Assembly: GCA_947625405.1 (NCBI GenBank)
Contig: CANQOF010000011.1
Span: 6,926 to 70,925 of the forward strand
Length of the DNA stretch: 64,000 nucleotides
Source of the DNA: an uncultured Atopobiaceae bacterium
Lineage (GTDB): Bacteria > Actinomycetota > Coriobacteriia > Coriobacteriales > Atopobiaceae
Direction of reading: 5' to 3'
In this document: positions 62,972 to 64,000 of the stretch, piece after piece
Position numbering within the stretch: the first letter of the stretch is position 1
Layout: the number at the start of each line of letters is the position of its first letter
Notes under the pieces: generated by a model
Seen by the model: only the letters and a program-made list of their open reading frames with translations
Told to the model about the DNA's origin: nothing
The model's database searches: none
Position numbers and translations under genes: made by a program

Positions 62972-63901
62972 TCACGCGCGCAGGCCCTCTTCCACGACGA
63001 ACGATTCGAGCGCGACGTCCCACGGGCGCATGCCGTCGCCAATCGTTTCCCTCAGGCGCCGATTATCGAGCACCGACCACGCGGGCCTTGGCGCGGGCGC
63101 GCCCCACTCCTCGGTGCTCACGCCCTCCACCTCGCAGGAAAGGCCCTCAAGCTCGAAGATCTTCCGCGCGAAGGCGTCCCAGGTGGTGGTGCCGGAGCCC
63201 GTCGCGTGCCAGATGCCGGCCGCGGCGTCGCCCACCTCATCCGCCCATGCCATGATCTCGAGGATCTCCCAGGCGAGATCGTTTGCGTTCGTGGGGCTTC
63301 CGTGCTGGTCGTCCACCACCCGCACGCGCCCACGCTCGCGCCCGAGGCGGCTCATCGTGTAGACGAAGTTCTTCCCTCGGCTTCCGTAGAGCCAGGCGGT
63401 GCGCACGACCACGGAGCTCGGGGCAAGCGTGGTCACGAGGCGCTCACCCTCGAGCTTCGTCTTTCCGTATACCGTCTTGGGATGGGGCACGGCGTCTTCC
63501 GCCTGCGGGAGCGGATCATCACCGGCGAGCACGTAGTCGGTCGATACGTGGAGGAGGCGCGTGCCCATGGCCTCGCACGCGCGCGCGAGATTCGCGGGAC
63601 CATCGGCGTTCAGGCGATGGGCGAGCTCCGCATCGGCCTCGCACCCATCGACGTTCGTGGCCGCCGCGCAGTTGATCACCCAATCGAGCGCGTGCTCGGC
63701 GATGAAGGCGTCCACGTCCGCCGCCTCCGTGATGTCGAGGGCAAGCGTTTCGGACGCATCGTCCGAAACCACGTCCGTGCGCAGGAACTCGACGTCCGCC
63801 CAGCGCGCGTTCACGGGCCCGATGTCGGCGCGCCCCGACTTGAGCACACGCGTGAGCTCTTCGCCAAGCTGGCCCTTCGCACCGGTGACGAGCAACCTCA
63901 T
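62972..63901 (-). CDS. rfbD: dTDP-4-dehydrorhamnose reductase
   Basis: LLVTGAKGQLG, YGKTKLEGE and the RmlD pattern. GGAGGG lies 5 nt upstream of the ATG at 63901. Confidence 0.88.
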   Translation of the reverse strand: MRLLVTGAKGQLGEELTRVLKSGRADIGPVNARWADVEFLRTDVVSDDASETLALDITEAADVDAFIAEHALDWVINCAAATNVDGCEADAELAHRLNADGPANLARACEAMGTRLLHVSTDYVLAGDDPLPQAEDAVPHPKTVYGKTKLEGERLVTTLAPSSVVVRTAWLYGSRGKNFVYTMSRLGRERGRVRVVDDQHGSPTNANDLAWEILEIMAWADEVGDAAAGIWHATGSGTTTWDAFARKIFELEGLSCEVEGVSTEEWGAPAPRPAWSVLDNRRLRETIGDGMRPWDVALESFVVEEGLRA

Positions 63902-64000
63902 AGCACCCTCCACGGCGACTTCCGATGAGATGCTCCCATGGTATCAGTGCTCACGTCCTCCCCGCCCGTTGGCCGAGGTACGCGCCCACGCCCGCATGCC

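Overview
This is a 64-kb, gene-dense window from a high-G+C chromosome. Hand counts of 60-nt samples give mostly 60-75% G+C. Gene content and codon style fit an actinobacterial genome, possibly Coriobacteriia, but that is inference only.

Most long ORFs in the track are antisense or out-of-frame shadows typical of high-G+C DNA. I called genes only where the translation looks protein-like, third codon positions are G/C-rich, and a Shine-Dalgarno motif usually sits 4-10 nt upstream.

Housekeeping and metabolic genes:
- Cyclophilin lipoprotein, MFS transporter, S10 carboxypeptidase-like protein, NADP isocitrate dehydrogenase.
- Aspartate 4-decarboxylase-type aminotransferase, C69 dipeptidase, tRNA-Thr(CGT).
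- hpf, comFC, tatD, rsmA, metG, larB and larC.

Cell-envelope glycan locus (47.7-63.9 kb):
- dTDP-rhamnose genes rfbC, rfbB and rfbD.
- A GT4 and a small GT2 with a DUF2304-like partner.
- Four large paralogous multidomain GT2 proteins.

Accessory region (about 13.9-31.3 kb):
- Three paralogous secreted proteins of 740-1155 aa share a triple C-terminal YNPY...GW repeat module.
- Two of them have homologous far-upstream boxes that each carry a G9 or G10 homopolymer.
- A zinc-ribbon/LRR/YD-repeat protein is also present.

Most unusual element: a roughly 3.6-kb low-G+C island at 24954-28828, bracketed by 137-bp direct repeats.
- It encodes a fusion of an unknown N-terminal domain with a nitrilase-superfamily (C-N hydrolase) domain.
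- It also encodes a winged-HTH protein and a translationally coupled protein of unknown function.
- No integrase, reverse transcriptase or phage genes are present.
- I flag it as the best candidate for an undescribed accessory or conflict system.

Second notable signal: two diverged copies of a 440-480-bp noncoding element at 9731-10166 (+) and 52250-52730 (-). Their long central hairpin differs between copies by compensatory base-pair changes.

No rRNA, CRISPR array, transposase or prophage genes were seen.
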